This document shows, piece after piece, positions 1 through 8,123 of a stretch of DNA of 12,987 bases (within the stretch, counting starts at the first letter, position 1; each line of letters opens with the position of its first letter). The notes under the pieces were generated by a model. That model ran no database searches. It saw nothing but the letters and a program-made list of their open reading frames with translations, and was not told the DNA's origin. Source of the DNA: a virus. A program made the translations under genes and the position numbers. Where the stretch lies: the UHGV virus genome UHGV-0056732, one strand, 5' to 3'.

Positions 1-30
1 CAGGGGGATCTTTTCACCGCTGGTACCGAG

Positions 31-56
31 TTCTCTTAAACCAAGGTTTAGGATTG
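31..56. other. cix/hix/gix-like 26-bp crossover site for the adjacent serine invertase; marks the boundary of an invertible (tail-fibre) segment lying left of the window
   Basis: TTCTCTTAAACC-AA-GGTTTAGGATTG: two 12-bp imperfect inverted half-sites around a central AA, closely resembling the recalled hixL site TTCTTGAAAACCAAGGTTTTTGATAA; overlaps the invertase stop codon (48-50). Confidence 0.55.
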
Positions 57-608
57 AAATGACGACGCCGGAAACTTCTTATAAAGCGTGGAAACAGCCA
101 CATCATAGATGATTGCAACCTGCTTACGGGGGATGCCATTCTCCAGCAATCGCCGCATTTGCTGCCATGTTTCTTCTTGGTATTTAGGCCGACGCCCACC
201 TATACGACCTTCTGCGCGAGCTGCATCAAGTCCAGCGCGTGTACGTTCAACGATAAGCTCACGTTCCATTTCTGCCAGCGCCCCCATTACGTGAAAGAAA
301 AAGCGCCCCATTGGTGTACTGGTGTCGATAGAGTCAGTGAGACTCCGGAAATTAATTCCTCTGTCACGCAGCTCTTCCACCAGCACAACCAAGTGACGCA
401 TGCTGCGCCCAAGACGATCTAACTTCCATACGACCAGGGTGTCACCTCTGGAAAGCATACGCAAAACCTTTTTTAGCCCAGGGCGTTCAGTCTGTTTGCC
501 GCTCGCCTTATCCTCAAAAATTAGCTCACATCCTGCGCTTTCAAGGGCATTTCGTTGCAAAGCAGTGTTTTGTTCATTTGTTGATACGCGTACATAGCCG
601 ATCAGCAT
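48..608 (-). CDS. cin: Serine-recombinase DNA invertase (Cin/Gin/Hin/Pin family), 186 aa
   Basis: ATG at 608; N-terminus MLIGYVRVSTNEQ with catalytic Ser10, resolvase core (TLVVWKLDRLGRS), C-terminal HTH (GIPRKQVAIIYDVAVSTLYKK). Matches the recalled Mu Gin N-terminus and the P1 Cin length; adjacent to a cix-like site. Confidence 0.9.
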   Translation of the reverse strand: MLIGYVRVSTNEQNTALQRNALESAGCELIFEDKASGKQTERPGLKKVLRMLSRGDTLVVWKLDRLGRSMRHLVVLVEELRDRGINFRSLTDSIDTSTPMGRFFFHVMGALAEMERELIVERTRAGLDAARAEGRIGGRRPKYQEETWQQMRRLLENGIPRKQVAIIYDVAVSTLYKKFPASSFQS

Positions 609-729
609 GATTTTTACTCTAATGCGTTGTTCTTATGAGTCTGCGAATTTTAAAGAACAAAGCGTTATGCACAGAAATAACAATCTGAATAGGTTCCTGC
701 TTGATTTTTGTTAGATCCGGGAGGAGCTT

Positions 730-1014
730 ATGCAGATTTTGATTTTTTTAATGTCCATTATTAGTGGAACCTATTTATTTCTTACTGGAGTTAGGCGTGG
801 AGCTTATAAGCCATGTTTTTTACATTGGCTTGAAGCATGGCTGCTTGCCATAAAAGGTGGTTTTGTTGGTTTTTGTCTTGCAGAAGTTCAGTGGGGAAAC
901 TCATTTTTGGATGTGGTTGCTTTTTTGATATGTAGTTGGAATAGCCATTTTGTATTAAGAATAACCAAAATATGGGTTTTTCACTTGATTTACGAATGTA
1001 TTGGCAAATTATGA
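730..1014 (+). CDS. Hypothetical small membrane protein, 94 aa, about three predicted hydrophobic helices
   Basis: ATG at 730 preceded by a strong SD (GGGAGGAG, 5-nt spacer); 94 open codons in visibly AT/T-rich DNA where stops are frequent; W/F/L/I-rich with three hydrophobic segments. No homolog recognised; could still be spurious. Confidence 0.4.
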   Translation: MQILIFLMSIISGTYLFLTGVRRGAYKPCFLHWLEAWLLAIKGGFVGFCLAEVQWGNSFLDVVAFLICSWNSHFVLRITKIWVFHLIYECIGKL

Positions 1015-1027
1015 ACAACCAGATGAG

Positions 1028-1046
1028 AAGTTACTTTGCATACCAT
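1028..1046 (+). promoter_or_regulatory. Candidate P1-type late promoter for the lydA-dar operon (9-bp inverted-repeat element plus TANNNT -10)
   Basis: AAGTTACTT (1028-1036) - TGCA - TACCAT (1041-1046); the same architecture and spacing recurs upstream of lyz (10269-10287). The late-promoter consensus is recalled only approximately. Confidence 0.4.
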
Positions 1047-1074
1047 TACCTCCTGACAACGTAGGAGGGAACTT

Positions 1075-1404
1075 GTGCTTGACACACAGGAATTAGCTCC
1101 AGTTGCTATTGCGCTCCTGCTTTCAGTAATTGGTGGGATAGGCACGTTCCTGATGGATGTCCGAGACGGTCGCCAGTCTGGCAATTTGTTGGGATTGGTT
1201 ACGGAGATCTTTGTTGCAGTGACAGCTGGCGCGGTGGCGTACCTATTGGGGCAACACGAGGGCTGGGAGTTATCAATTACGTACTTAATGGTAACGATAG
1301 CCAGCAATAACGGTCATGAGGTGATTTCAGGGATGAAACGAGTGAATATCGATAGCATTCTGAATGTTCTTACAAGTTTGGTGAAAAAGGGAGGCGGGAA
1401 ATGA
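1075..1404 (+). CDS. lydA: Holin (LydA-like), 109 aa
   Basis: GTG start at 1075 with strong SD AGGAGGG 5 nt upstream; small hydrophobic protein with TM segments (VAIALLLSVIGGIGTFL; IFVAVTAGAVAYLL); first gene of the operon next to cin as in P1; stop overlaps the next start (ATGA). Confidence 0.7.
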   Translation: MLDTQELAPVAIALLLSVIGGIGTFLMDVRDGRQSGNLLGLVTEIFVAVTAGAVAYLLGQHEGWELSITYLMVTIASNNGHEVISGMKRVNIDSILNVLTSLVKKGGGK

Positions 1405-1844
1405 TTGGCTGGGGGGTATGCGTTCTTGCGTTAGCCTTAGCCGATCGCTATTTGCTAAAACGCAAGGACATCACGCATTTAGAACTTGGTGATGTGGAAA
1501 TTAAACCGGGTTTCATCCGGGTGCCGTTCAAATACCGGTCTAAATTCCCGTTTTTGCGCGGCGCAACGGTCAGATATTGGATCCGCGATGTTCAGAAGCC
1601 AACGACAGTGATTGAAGGCGAACAACGTTGTCTGACGTCGGCTGAACAGGGCGAAAACAGTGAATGGTTGTACATACCCACTGAATATATGGGTAAAGGA
1701 GAACGGCTGTGGCATTTCAACGTCATGGTTACGCATGGCGACTCGTTCATTAACCCGTTGTATCGGATTTTCCCTGTTACTCAGCAAATCCGCAGAAGTT
1801 ACGTAATAAATCTCGCACAGGATGTGTCAGATGACGAAAAATAA
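1401..1844 (+). CDS. lydB: LydB-like holin antagonist (antiholin), 147 aa
   Basis: ATG at 1401 overlapping the lydA stop, SD GGGAGG upstream; hydrophobic N-terminus MIGWGVCVLALALA; position and size match P1 lydB as recalled. Confidence 0.65.
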   Translation: MIGWGVCVLALALADRYLLKRKDITHLELGDVEIKPGFIRVPFKYRSKFPFLRGATVRYWIRDVQKPTTVIEGEQRCLTSAEQGENSEWLYIPTEYMGKGERLWHFNVMVTHGDSFINPLYRIFPVTQQIRRSYVINLAQDVSDDEK

Positions 1845-2433
1845 GTATGCAACGGTCGATTTTGACCAGGTTAATGAAAAGGGGCTGAAATCCCTTATCG
1901 CGGCGATCAATAAAACCGGTGTTACGGTAATTGAGGTTGACTCCAGCAACCGCGCAACAACGAAAGATGGCGTTAAAGTTAAAACCGCAAAGCTGGTTCT
2001 TAACGACGGACAAATTCTTGCCATACAGGTAAACGATACTGGCGATATATCGTCTGTGAGGCTGAATGGAAAAGCTATTCCTAACGCTCAGTCTCCGGAT
2101 ATCAAGACGCTTGGTACCGTCATGGGGCAAGCGGCCCGCAAAAACTCCGCAAAATTCCAGAAATCACTGATCGCCAAAGCGAAACGTGTTGCCAATCCGG
2201 TAGACAAGAAACCGGCAGTAAAATCCAACTTTCAGCGCCTGCAAGAGGCAAAACAGCGGAATGCTCAGGTGGTTGCCGCTTATAAATCAGCGCAGAACTC
2301 GGTGTCTTTCAATCAACAGCAGATCACTGATTTGCGGGCGAAGCTGGATAAGGAGACAGGCCGACTCAATAACGAAAAGGCCCGAAATGGCGAACTCAAA
2401 CGCCGTCTTAAGCAACTGAAAGCAGGAAATTAA
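1822..2433 (+). CDS. hdf: Hdf-like protein (paralog of a DarA segment), 203 aa
   Basis: ATG at 1822 (alternative ATG at 1831); shares the KNSAKFQ block and a preceding L-DGQ-I-I region with the next gene; C-terminal coiled-coil-like stretch; stop TAA at 2431 just before the darA start. Confidence 0.6.
   Translation: MCQMTKNKYATVDFDQVNEKGLKSLIAAINKTGVTVIEVDSSNRATTKDGVKVKTAKLVLNDGQILAIQVNDTGDISSVRLNGKAIPNAQSPDIKTLGTVMGQAARKNSAKFQKSLIAKAKRVANPVDKKPAVKSNFQRLQEAKQRNAQVVAAYKSAQNSVSFNQQQITDLRAKLDKETGRLNNEKARNGELKRRLKQLKAGN
2140..2160 (+). repeat. 21-nt direct repeat copy 1 (within hdf), encoding KNSAKFQ
   Basis: AAAAACTCCGCAAAATTCCAG; 20 of 21 nt identical to 3038-3058 and codon-aligned in both genes. 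Confidence 0.6.
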
Positions 2434-2434
2434 C

Positions 2435-4321
2435 ATGGAACAGTTCAATATCAATAAAGGGGTGACGATCAAGCCTGGGCTTGACGTGCTTCCCCCGCCA
2501 GTGACTGATGATGAATATCGCGCATTAATGGCCGGTGAGGACCGCTATCTGATGACGGAATCCAACACCCTGGAGGAAATCGAGGCTACGTTCTTCTATG
2601 ACACGCCGATCCACTGGTGTGCTACGGATTTACTGGAGGCGATTAGTTCTACTCGTTTGCAGCTACACCGGACCATGCAGGCATTTGTCCGGGCATTGAA
2701 CCAGAAGCTGAATGGTACCGGAATCTCTGCGGGGAGTGATAAAACGGGGGATGTGGCCCAGAACGGTGCACGCGCGATCGGCGGGGCTGAAATTGGCCGG
2801 GCACGTAACGTTAACGGGCTGCCGGTCCTGCCAGCCATTATTCCGCTCAGTGATGGTCAGACTATCAGCATTCTGTTTCATAGCCCGACAGCGGAAAACC
2901 GGATCACCAATAGCGATACGCTGATTGCTTTCCAGTTCTTACTGAATAAAAAAGACGTTACTCATACCGTTGCTCCGATGAGTGGACGTGATATGACGCT
3001 GGCGCAGGTCACCATGAAACTTGCCAACCTTGCAGAGAAAAACTCGGCAAAATTCCAGCGTGCGCAGAAGAAGAAAAAAGCCCTGGTTGATGAAATAACC
3101 CAACTACAGGCTGACAGTGACCAGAAAGAGGATGCCATGAGCGACCTCGCGGATCAGGTGGCAGCGGTAGAAGGGCAGAAGGTAGATCTGGAGCAGAAAA
3201 TTAACGCTGTTGCATCGGAAGCGGATTCTCTTTATGAAGAGAATGAGCGTTTGCAGACGGAGATTGATCAGCTCAATCGAACTGGTGGGCGCGAAACCAT
3301 TGCTCCTGCGGGGATGACTGGTGGACACTCTCGCGCGATGACGGATCGCCTTGCAAGTATCAAAAATCGTATGCATATGAACGGGGAAGTGACGCTCAGT
3401 AATGGTGCATCAATGAAGCAATTCATTGAGGACGGTGAAGGGTATATCCAGTTAACCGATTCGGATGGCAGCGTGTACATGATCAAGGCTAAATCCATAC
3501 AGGGTGTGGACATGGCAGATGCGATCGGCAAGCTGTTTAAAGCCTATAAAGCGGGTAATGTATCGGAATACCTGGTCCAACCAGAAGAACATAAACCGGA
3601 AAACGTCGAACCTGAACCAGAAGTCTCTGTAGGTGCATATCGATATGCCCTGCAAATGCGTCCGGCGGCCCCTGGCGCAATACCTGAAGGTAACAAAGCA
3701 ATTCTGCTGCGCCCTGATGAAGGTGACCCGTATTATGAATATGCACGCTACGGCATTGCTACTTACGATACCCCGCTTTCTGATCAGCAAATGAGTGAGT
3801 ACGACCTGAAGTTATTGCCTCGCGAGGATTCTTTCGACTTCCTGGCGAAGACACTTACTAATGGTCCGTTTGGCAAATATGCACAAAAAGCTCTGGAGCT
3901 GGCCACCAGCTCACCAGACGAGTTCCGCGTAATGCTGAAAACTCAGTTTCAAAAAACTTTCCCCAATATTGCGTTTCCGGGGGGCGCTGGCACCGAGAAA
4001 ATGGTGCAGAGCATGATCAATGCATTGCAGGCCGAAGTCGGTGAGATTACTCAGCCAGAACCGGCCCCGGCACAGCCTGATGAAACGGTTAGCGAAGCAG
4101 ATGCAGAGGCTAATAAAGCCATTGAATATCTCAATAACGTGATGGATATGCAAAGCACTGACATGGCGGAGATCCGTAACGCCCGGGGCAATGTCCGGGA
4201 AGCGATTGCAGCCCTTCAGGCTGCCGGACGTTTTGAGGAAAACGAAGAGCTGGTTAACGGCGCAGCTCGCCACCTGGCTGATCTGCTGGTAGCAATCCAG
4301 AAAGCGGGGGTAGCGGCATGA
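2435..4321 (+). CDS. darA: DarA-like virion-packaged anti-restriction / head protein, 628 aa
   Basis: ATG at 2435; size and operon position match P1 darA as recalled; central coiled-coil (about residues 200-285); shares a motif with hdf; stop overlaps the ddrA start (ATGA at 4318-4321). Confidence 0.7.
   Translation: MEQFNINKGVTIKPGLDVLPPPVTDDEYRALMAGEDRYLMTESNTLEEIEATFFYDTPIHWCATDLLEAISSTRLQLHRTMQAFVRALNQKLNGTGISAGSDKTGDVAQNGARAIGGAEIGRARNVNGLPVLPAIIPLSDGQTISILFHSPTAENRITNSDTLIAFQFLLNKKDVTHTVAPMSGRDMTLAQVTMKLANLAEKNSAKFQRAQKKKKALVDEITQLQADSDQKEDAMSDLADQVAAVEGQKVDLEQKINAVASEADSLYEENERLQTEIDQLNRTGGRETIAPAGMTGGHSRAMTDRLASIKNRMHMNGEVTLSNGASMKQFIEDGEGYIQLTDSDGSVYMIKAKSIQGVDMADAIGKLFKAYKAGNVSEYLVQPEEHKPENVEPEPEVSVGAYRYALQMRPAAPGAIPEGNKAILLRPDEGDPYYEYARYGIATYDTPLSDQQMSEYDLKLLPREDSFDFLAKTLTNGPFGKYAQKALELATSSPDEFRVMLKTQFQKTFPNIAFPGGAGTEKMVQSMINALQAEVGEITQPEPAPAQPDETVSEADAEANKAIEYLNNVMDMQSTDMAEIRNARGNVREAIAALQAAGRFEENEELVNGAARHLADLLVAIQKAGVAA
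3038..3058 (+). repeat. 21-nt direct repeat copy 2 (within darA), encoding KNSAKFQ
   Basis: AAAAACTCGGCAAAATTCCAG; single mismatch relative to 2140-2160. Confidence 0.6.
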
Positions 4322-4683
4322 CACTATCAGCTATTGAGTTAATGGATCTCAGCGATAAGTTGGATGCTCTGATGTCCAAAGCGGCTACCGCGAGTGGTAT
4401 GGAGTTGCTGGATATCAGCGATGAAATTGACCAGATCATGCAACAGATGGGGTACGGCGCGTCTGGCGGCGGTAGTGGCGAGGAGAAACAACCTTCGGAA
4501 CATGATGGTGTGCCAAAACTGGTTGCTGATTTCCTGGCTGATAAATTCGTCGATCAGAGCACAGATGCATTTATCGGTACCTTGCAGGACTTGAGTCAAT
4601 ATGTTGGCACATACATCGACCTGGACCAGGTTAAACAGCACACGGCGGCATGGATAGCCGCCAACATTAAAGAGGCAGCATAA
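4318..4683 (+). CDS. ddrA: DdrA-like small acidic protein, 121 aa
   Basis: ATG at 4318 translationally coupled to darA; strongly acidic composition (many D/E, no Arg); Gly/Ser-rich linker (GASGGGSGEE). Confidence 0.6.
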   Translation: MTLSAIELMDLSDKLDALMSKAATASGMELLDISDEIDQIMQQMGYGASGGGSGEEKQPSEHDGVPKLVADFLADKFVDQSTDAFIGTLQDLSQYVGTYIDLDQVKQHTAAWIAANIKEAA

Positions 4684-4695
4684 GGCGTAACAGGG

Positions 4696-7683
4696 ATGAG
4701 CTTAAGCGATCAGGTGGTAATGGCCACCAGCATAGAAACGCTGATCGAGCTGCTAAAGAACCTGCCCGATTATGGGCGGGTTTCGTATGTGGTGACAGCG
4801 AAGGGAGACGAGGTAAAAACAGCGTTTGATATCGTCGATGCCTCAGCTCTTTTGGTATCCAATACTCTGGATGGGAAAATTAATCCAGACTATCCCCAGG
4901 AACTTCAGCCGCGCGACCGGACCCGCGCATCCAGCCTTCTTCAGGTCAACCAGATATCCAAGGATTTGCGTCCTGCCCAGCTTACCGATTCCGGTTTATC
5001 CAGCCATGGCGCGCCAATAATTGGTGAGGACAATGCCGTTGAGTCAGGTAATGGGCGGACCATGGGGATCATTAAAGCCTATCAGGACGGTAATGCGGAT
5101 CGGTATCGGGAGTACCTGATTGAACATGCGACCGAATTCGGCATACGGCCTGAAAAGGTTGAATCAATGACGGCTCCGGTACTGGTGCGCCGCCGGTTAA
5201 CGACGGTTGACCGTGTTCAGTTTGCCAAGGACTCAAATATTTCTGATCTCCAGGAAATGGCAGCCAGTGAAAAGGCTTTTGTTGATGCCGACAGCATAAC
5301 ACCGGCGATGATGGCGCTTTTTAACCCGTCAGAAAGCGGAGATCTGCTTAGCCGCAGTAATGACGCGTTTATTCGCGGATTTATGACGCAAGTTGGTGCC
5401 ACACAGGCGGCTGGCCTTGTAACTGAAGATGGGCGACCAACACGGCAACTTGTTGACCGTATACAAAACGCGATCTTTGCCAAGGCATATAAGGATGCGC
5501 GCCTGGTAAGGATGGTTGCAGAAGAACCTGATCCGGATATGCGTAATGTTCTGACGGCGCTTAATGCGGCAGCCAATGATTTTGTCCAGATGCAGGCTTT
5601 ATCAGGAGAAGCGCACAAGCAGGCTGTGACAACTATTGTTGATGGCATTGAGACAGCGGATAGCCTCGATAAAAAGGCGCTGGCGGCATTGAAAGATGCG
5701 GTAGACCTGGTAAGGCAATCGAAGGAGTCAGGCCAGCATATTACCGATGTTATTGCTCAGGGGGATATGTTCAGCGAAACGGCCCCGGAAGTGAAAGCAC
5801 TCGCGTTGTTCATCGTCGCGAATAACCGTAGCGCGAAGCGTATGGCCACCGCCTTTAAGTTGATGGCTCAACGTATCAATGATGAGTTACAGCACCAGGG
5901 CCAGGCGCTGGGGGATATGTTTGGCGGCGGCGATGTGTCGTTACAGGATATCCTTCGCCAGGTGTCTCAGGAACTGGAAAACGAAGGCATGCAAGGGATA
6001 TCCGGCGGTCTTTTCGAGTCCGTTTCCGGCGGTAGTTACAACGGTGTTGCTCCGTATACCAGTTTGCTATTACATCGGGCATCCGGCATCAAAGACATTA
6101 TTCATCTGATCAGGCTGCTTTCCCGCACAGATCCCCAGGATGAACAGCTTGTACAAGTGCTTGCGCATTTTGTTCGAATGCCTGTTGCCGACGTGAAAAA
6201 ATGGTGCCGATTATTCGGTATCAGCAATTCGTTACTTCGCGGCTTGTTAAATCACGCATCCTCCCTTGGGCGCGATGGCTTTGACGAGATAGCGCAGGCG
6301 ATAAAAAACGGAGATATGCCACCAGCTATTGACTGGTTTTCCATTCGCCCAACCAGGGTGAAAGCATTCCTTAGCGCGGCGCATTCGGCATCACCATTGG
6401 CAGAAATGGTTCAGAGGTTATCGCTCATATTCACAGACCATACCGCGTTGGGTGATCTGACTCTGGACGAGATGAAGGAAGCCTCCATTCAGTGGGCCGA
6501 TCAACAAAATGAGGTTAACTCAGACTTCTTGCCAGCATTCAGGAAGGCCGTTAGTAAAGCGGATGATGCCCGTGGAATTCTGAAGGCATTTAAGGCATTG
6601 CAAAGTCGTGTTAATAAACATGTCGGTGATATCGATGGGGTAACGGCGGAAGGCAGGGATATCCTCAAAGAGCACGGCATAACGCCAGAGTTTATTGATG
6701 AGATCAGGACGGATATGCAGCGTGAGGTCGTATCGTCCCTGCAAATCGTAGCCAGAGCGTTGGCGGATGCTAATCCGAAGAGTGCGGCCATTGTTAACCG
6801 GGTTATTGGTGATATTGAAGCATCGGAGGGCATGGGGGCGCTGAAACTCTTCCTTTCGCGAGCGTTTAATCCTAACGGCAATATTCTCCCTGGCATTATT
6901 GGTGAGGCTAAAAAGTATGTCAGTGAAGAAGAACTTGAGCAGCTTGACCAACTACTTAAGCGATTCTCATATAACCCGCAGACACGCTGGCAAATGAATC
7001 AGCGAAGTATGGGTTCGGTCCACGAGAAAGTGTTATCTGCCATGAACAGTGCGATCGCAAACTCATCCGTATCTGAAGAAAAAGCTCTTGAGTGGGCCGA
7101 CTCTTTTATCACAGAAGAAGTGGAAGAAGCCCGCGCTGGACAGAATGGTGGGATAGACCTGCGCAAGGAACTTGCTGATATTTATCGCCTGACCGGCGGG
7201 AAAATATCGACCTTATCAAAGGTAGTTCACCACCAGGGAAGGGCATATGCAAATCTAAATGGTGTTGTTGCTGTCAATTTGAACGATAAAAATGCAAGTG
7301 CACTGTGGCACGAGCTGGGTCATCATCTTGAGTACAGTAACCCTGGTTTGTTAGAGAAAGCCCGGTCATTCCTGAAGGCCAATGTTGAAGGGGATAAGCC
7401 ATCATTCGTCAATATCGGTGGGCGTGGCAAGCCTGAATGGTGCTTCAGATCTCGATTGAGTAATATTTATATGGCGAAGGTATACCCGCCAGCCTCAGTA
7501 AGTAATTCCGGGAAAATTCGGCAGAAATCACCGACTATTTCCAAAACGTCAGCAACGGAAGTATTCTCTATGGCTCTTCAGTTGTATCATGACAAAGAGG
7601 CCGCTGCCGCATCACTGATGAATGGTGACGGATTGCTGGAACTGTTATTAGGTGTGGCAAAGGAGCTAAATAATGCAGATTAA
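4696..7683 (+). CDS. ddrB: DdrB-like large protein, 995 aa, with an N-terminal ParB/Srx-like motif region and a C-terminal HExxH zinc-metallopeptidase-like motif
   Basis: ATG at 4696; residues about 60-130 carry a ParB-N-like pattern (NPDYPQELQPRDR ... APIIGEDNAVESGNGRTMGI); residues 872-876 are HELGH (nt 7309-7323) followed by H877 and E887; size matches the roughly 108-kDa P1 DdrB as recalled. Confidence 0.65.
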   Translation: MSLSDQVVMATSIETLIELLKNLPDYGRVSYVVTAKGDEVKTAFDIVDASALLVSNTLDGKINPDYPQELQPRDRTRASSLLQVNQISKDLRPAQLTDSGLSSHGAPIIGEDNAVESGNGRTMGIIKAYQDGNADRYREYLIEHATEFGIRPEKVESMTAPVLVRRRLTTVDRVQFAKDSNISDLQEMAASEKAFVDADSITPAMMALFNPSESGDLLSRSNDAFIRGFMTQVGATQAAGLVTEDGRPTRQLVDRIQNAIFAKAYKDARLVRMVAEEPDPDMRNVLTALNAAANDFVQMQALSGEAHKQAVTTIVDGIETADSLDKKALAALKDAVDLVRQSKESGQHITDVIAQGDMFSETAPEVKALALFIVANNRSAKRMATAFKLMAQRINDELQHQGQALGDMFGGGDVSLQDILRQVSQELENEGMQGISGGLFESVSGGSYNGVAPYTSLLLHRASGIKDIIHLIRLLSRTDPQDEQLVQVLAHFVRMPVADVKKWCRLFGISNSLLRGLLNHASSLGRDGFDEIAQAIKNGDMPPAIDWFSIRPTRVKAFLSAAHSASPLAEMVQRLSLIFTDHTALGDLTLDEMKEASIQWADQQNEVNSDFLPAFRKAVSKADDARGILKAFKALQSRVNKHVGDIDGVTAEGRDILKEHGITPEFIDEIRTDMQREVVSSLQIVARALADANPKSAAIVNRVIGDIEASEGMGALKLFLSRAFNPNGNILPGIIGEAKKYVSEEELEQLDQLLKRFSYNPQTRWQMNQRSMGSVHEKVLSAMNSAIANSSVSEEKALEWADSFITEEVEEARAGQNGGIDLRKELADIYRLTGGKISTLSKVVHHQGRAYANLNGVVAVNLNDKNASALWHELGHHLEYSNPGLLEKARSFLKANVEGDKPSFVNIGGRGKPEWCFRSRLSNIYMAKVYPPASVSNSGKIRQKSPTISKTSATEVFSMALQLYHDKEAAAASLMNGDGLLELLLGVAKELNNAD

Positions 7684-7993
7684 AATCGCAGCGCCATTAG
7701 GCGGAGATGCCATTATCGAATTTGATGATAATGAAGAAGTTTCCGGGCGTTTGAGCATTATCTCCGGTGACATTACCGAGGACATGATCGCTGAAGCCAT
7801 AGCTGGGGCAAATCCCAATAGCTATATGGGATTCGTTAACACCCTTGATGCTCCCGCAAGTGATGTTCTCCGAACGCTGCATCTTTACGCTGGCTGGTTT
7901 GTTGATTGGCCAGCAGTAGATGGTGGCGATGAGGATGATGATGACGATGAAGAGGTTTTTAGTGATGAAACAGTAAACCAACTCTTGTATTGA
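7673..7993 (+). CDS. Hypothetical highly acidic protein, 106 aa, translationally coupled to ddrB
   Basis: ATG at 7673 overlapping the ddrB 3' end by 11 nt, SD AAGGAG 7 nt upstream; poly-acidic C-terminus DGGDEDDDDDEEVFSDE; about 27 D/E versus 3-4 K/R. Confidence 0.6.
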   Translation: MQIKIAAPLGGDAIIEFDDNEEVSGRLSIISGDITEDMIAEAIAGANPNSYMGFVNTLDAPASDVLRTLHLYAGWFVDWPAVDGGDEDDDDDEEVFSDETVNQLLY

Positions 7994-8123
7994 CAGGAAT
8001 TGGCATAGAATTGATTGTTCAAATTTCATCCATCACATAGACGACTTCATGTTATTTGCCTGATAATTATGGCCTTAATAACCCATGTATATCTTTTGGG
8101 TTATATTCTTATCTTTAACAAGG

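Noticed and set aside
14-597. ORFs overlapping cin on either strand (14-199 minus; 109-294, 159-422, 400-597 plus)
   Set aside because: They lie inside or antisense to a well-supported invertase gene, have no RBS and no recognisable protein features; typical shadow ORFs.
791-1307. Minus-strand ORFs 791-1018 and 990-1307
   Set aside because: Antisense to the candidate membrane ORF and to lydA; no SD; the second would run through the late promoter and lydA start.
1479-2130. Minus-strand ORFs inside lydB and hdf (1479-1787, 1777-2130, 1827-2024)
   Set aside because: Antisense to a translationally coupled operon; no start signals.
2287-7993. Internal or antisense ORFs within darA, ddrA and ddrB, and the minus-strand ORF 7697-8029 opposite the 106-aa gene (examples: 2596-2838, 3452-3790, 3911-4324, 4826-5020, 5217-5648, 6520-6951)
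   Set aside because: None has an RBS or recognisable motifs; they are expected by chance in long coding regions. A P1 gene possibly nested near ddrB (iddB) could not be located with confidence.
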